From an uncultured Acidimicrobiales bacterium (lineage in GTDB: Bacteria; Actinomycetota; Acidimicrobiia; Acidimicrobiales; CAVXTF01), in assembly GCA_963701375.1 (NCBI GenBank), contig CAVOZT010000005.1, positions 393,601-457,600 of the forward strand: DNA of 64,000 bases, written 5' to 3'. Numbering within the stretch: position 1 is the first letter of the stretch; the number at the start of each line of letters is the position of its first letter. Below, in pieces: positions 62,910 to 64,000 of this stretch. The notes beneath the pieces were generated by a model. That model was given only the letters and a program-made list of their open reading frames with translations. It had not been told where the DNA came from and ran no database searches. The translations under genes and the position numbers were made by a program.

Positions 62910-63703
62910 TCAGAGAGAGATCAGCCCCTCGAGGTGTTGCGCGATCACGGGCCACGATTCGCACGCCGGATCAATCAGTTCTCGGTGGCCAAGGCCTTTG
63001 AGCGGTACGTACGACACGTCGTCGCCGAGCCCGCATCCCAGCTTCAGGTAATCGCTGCTCATCGACGGCGGCACAACCGTGTCAGACAACCCGTGCACGA
63101 GTACCTGGGGGACCCCGATCGGCAGGATCGCGGCGGGCGACCCCGCTCGATACGGTTCGGGTCTCTCCTCAGGTGATCCTCCGAGGAACCGTGAGACCGC
63201 GCCGTTGCCGAGCCAGAGCTCGTGGCCTCGAACCAGGTCTATGACACCCGCGAGCGAGACCGCGGCGGCGGGCCGCACGATCGGCTCAAACCCCGTCGCA
63301 CGTCAACGAGCCTCGGGCCCGGCGGCAGCCCAAAGCGCGAAACAACCACCGACCGAGTGACCGCAGGTGACGAGCCGTCGCGCGTCGACTCCAGGAAGTC
63401 GTTCGACGTGGTCCACTGCTCTGCTGATGTCGTCGAAGGTCAACGGCCATCCGCCACCACCACCGAGCAAACCTACGCGTCGGTACTCGATGTTCCAGGC
63501 CGCCCAACCACGTTCGACTGTCGCCCGGGCGAGCCCGTTCATCAGAGCCTTCGTATAGATTGACCGCCAATACCCTCCATGGATCAACACACGACCGGGA
63601 TGGCGCGTCCTTCCGGAATATCGGGGAGCCACGATCCCCGACCTGGCATCTCAGGTTGCCATATCGATGCCTGGTGCGCCTCACGGCTGAACGGTACCGC
63701 CAA
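62910..63703 (-). pseudogene. alpha/beta hydrolase (HGGYW / GHSxGG esterase-formamidase type) with a frameshift and an in-frame TGA
   Basis: ...FSREAHQASIWQPEMPGRGSWLPDIPEGRAIPVV is in one frame and LIHGGYWRSIY...LVTCGHSVGGCFALWAAAGPEAR* in the next (shift near 63590). After the TGA at 63303-63305 the same frame continues RATGFEPIVRPAAAVSLAGVIDL...VLVHGLSDTVVP...GHRELI. The start is uncertain (the TTG at 63703 is a candidate). Confidence 0.7.
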
Positions 63704-63759
63704 GCGTCTGAAGTGCGGTTGTGCACGCCGGTTGCTGATCGATCGCGGAAGGAAAAGAG

Positions 63760-64000
63760 ATGGGCAGCACTGAAGACGACGACTCGCCGGATGACGTGTC
63801 GAGAAACCCCACAGGCGAGTCGGCACTTAGAGAGCGTCTCGAGCTAGTGAGTAAGGTCCTTGCCTCACCCCCCACGATCCACAGGCATGGCACAGGGGTC
63901 TGGAGTACCGAGCAGTCGTGCTACGAGTTCATGGCCCGCAAGGTGGGTCCGGGATCGCGAACCCTGGAGACCGGCTGCGGGGTGTCCACGGTCTTGTTCG
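63760..64000 (+). CDS. class I SAM-dependent methyltransferase, N-terminal part (runs off the window)
   Basis: Own translation from the ATG at 63760: MGSTEDDDSPDDVSRNPTGESALRERLELVSKVLASPPTIHRHGTGVWSTEQSCYEFMARKVGPGSRTLETGCGVSTVLF. LETGCGVST resembles motif I. There is no stop in the window. Confidence 0.5.
   Translation, partial: MGSTEDDDSPDDVSRNPTGESALRERLELVSKVLASPPTIHRHGTGVWSTEQSCYEFMARKVGPGSRTLETGCGVSTVLF

Noticed and set aside
20328-63305. The in-frame TGA (20328, 63303) and TAG (36862) codons as possible recoding (selenocysteine, pyrrolysine, or an alternative genetic code).
   Set aside because: TGA and TAG also terminate many well-delimited genes in this window, for example the TGA stops at the GTGA/ATGA gene junctions and the TAG stop of kdpF. 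No SECIS-like context was looked up or is evident. The affected positions correspond to Arg/Trp codons one transition away, and two of the three genes also carry frameshifts.

Overview
This is a high-GC chromosomal segment with about 65 genes. The content points to Actinomycetota: F420-type LLM and DDN enzymes, a MarP-like protease, a Holin-X/DUF3618/DUF1360 stress cluster, GH15 enzymes and a TreT-like gene. No rRNA, tRNA or CRISPR array was found. Recognisable blocks are: (i) a kdpF-A-B-C K+-ATPase operon in which KdpD is split into two genes at opposite ends of the operon, plus kdpE; (ii) an Mrp/Mbh-type cation/proton antiporter module in the order E-F-G-DUF4040-B-(C+D) with no MrpA; (iii) a 4.5-kb gene for a secreted protein made of 15 tandem 92-aa Big_2 repeats; (iv) sugar-oxidation genes (two GH15, archaeal-type glucose dehydrogenase, GMC/gluconate-2-DH-like pair, PoxB-like TPP enzyme, GH43); (v) an operon of a Pro/Tyr/Gly-repeat membrane protein, an atypical patatin and a beta-propeller lipoprotein; (vi) remnants of three IS families. 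The most striking global feature is that roughly one gene in four is broken: I traced at least 17 frameshifts or in-frame stops by hand. These lesions cluster in accessory enzymes, while the ion-homeostasis operons and the giant repeat gene stay intact. All functional calls rest on motif recognition from translations; no database search was possible.
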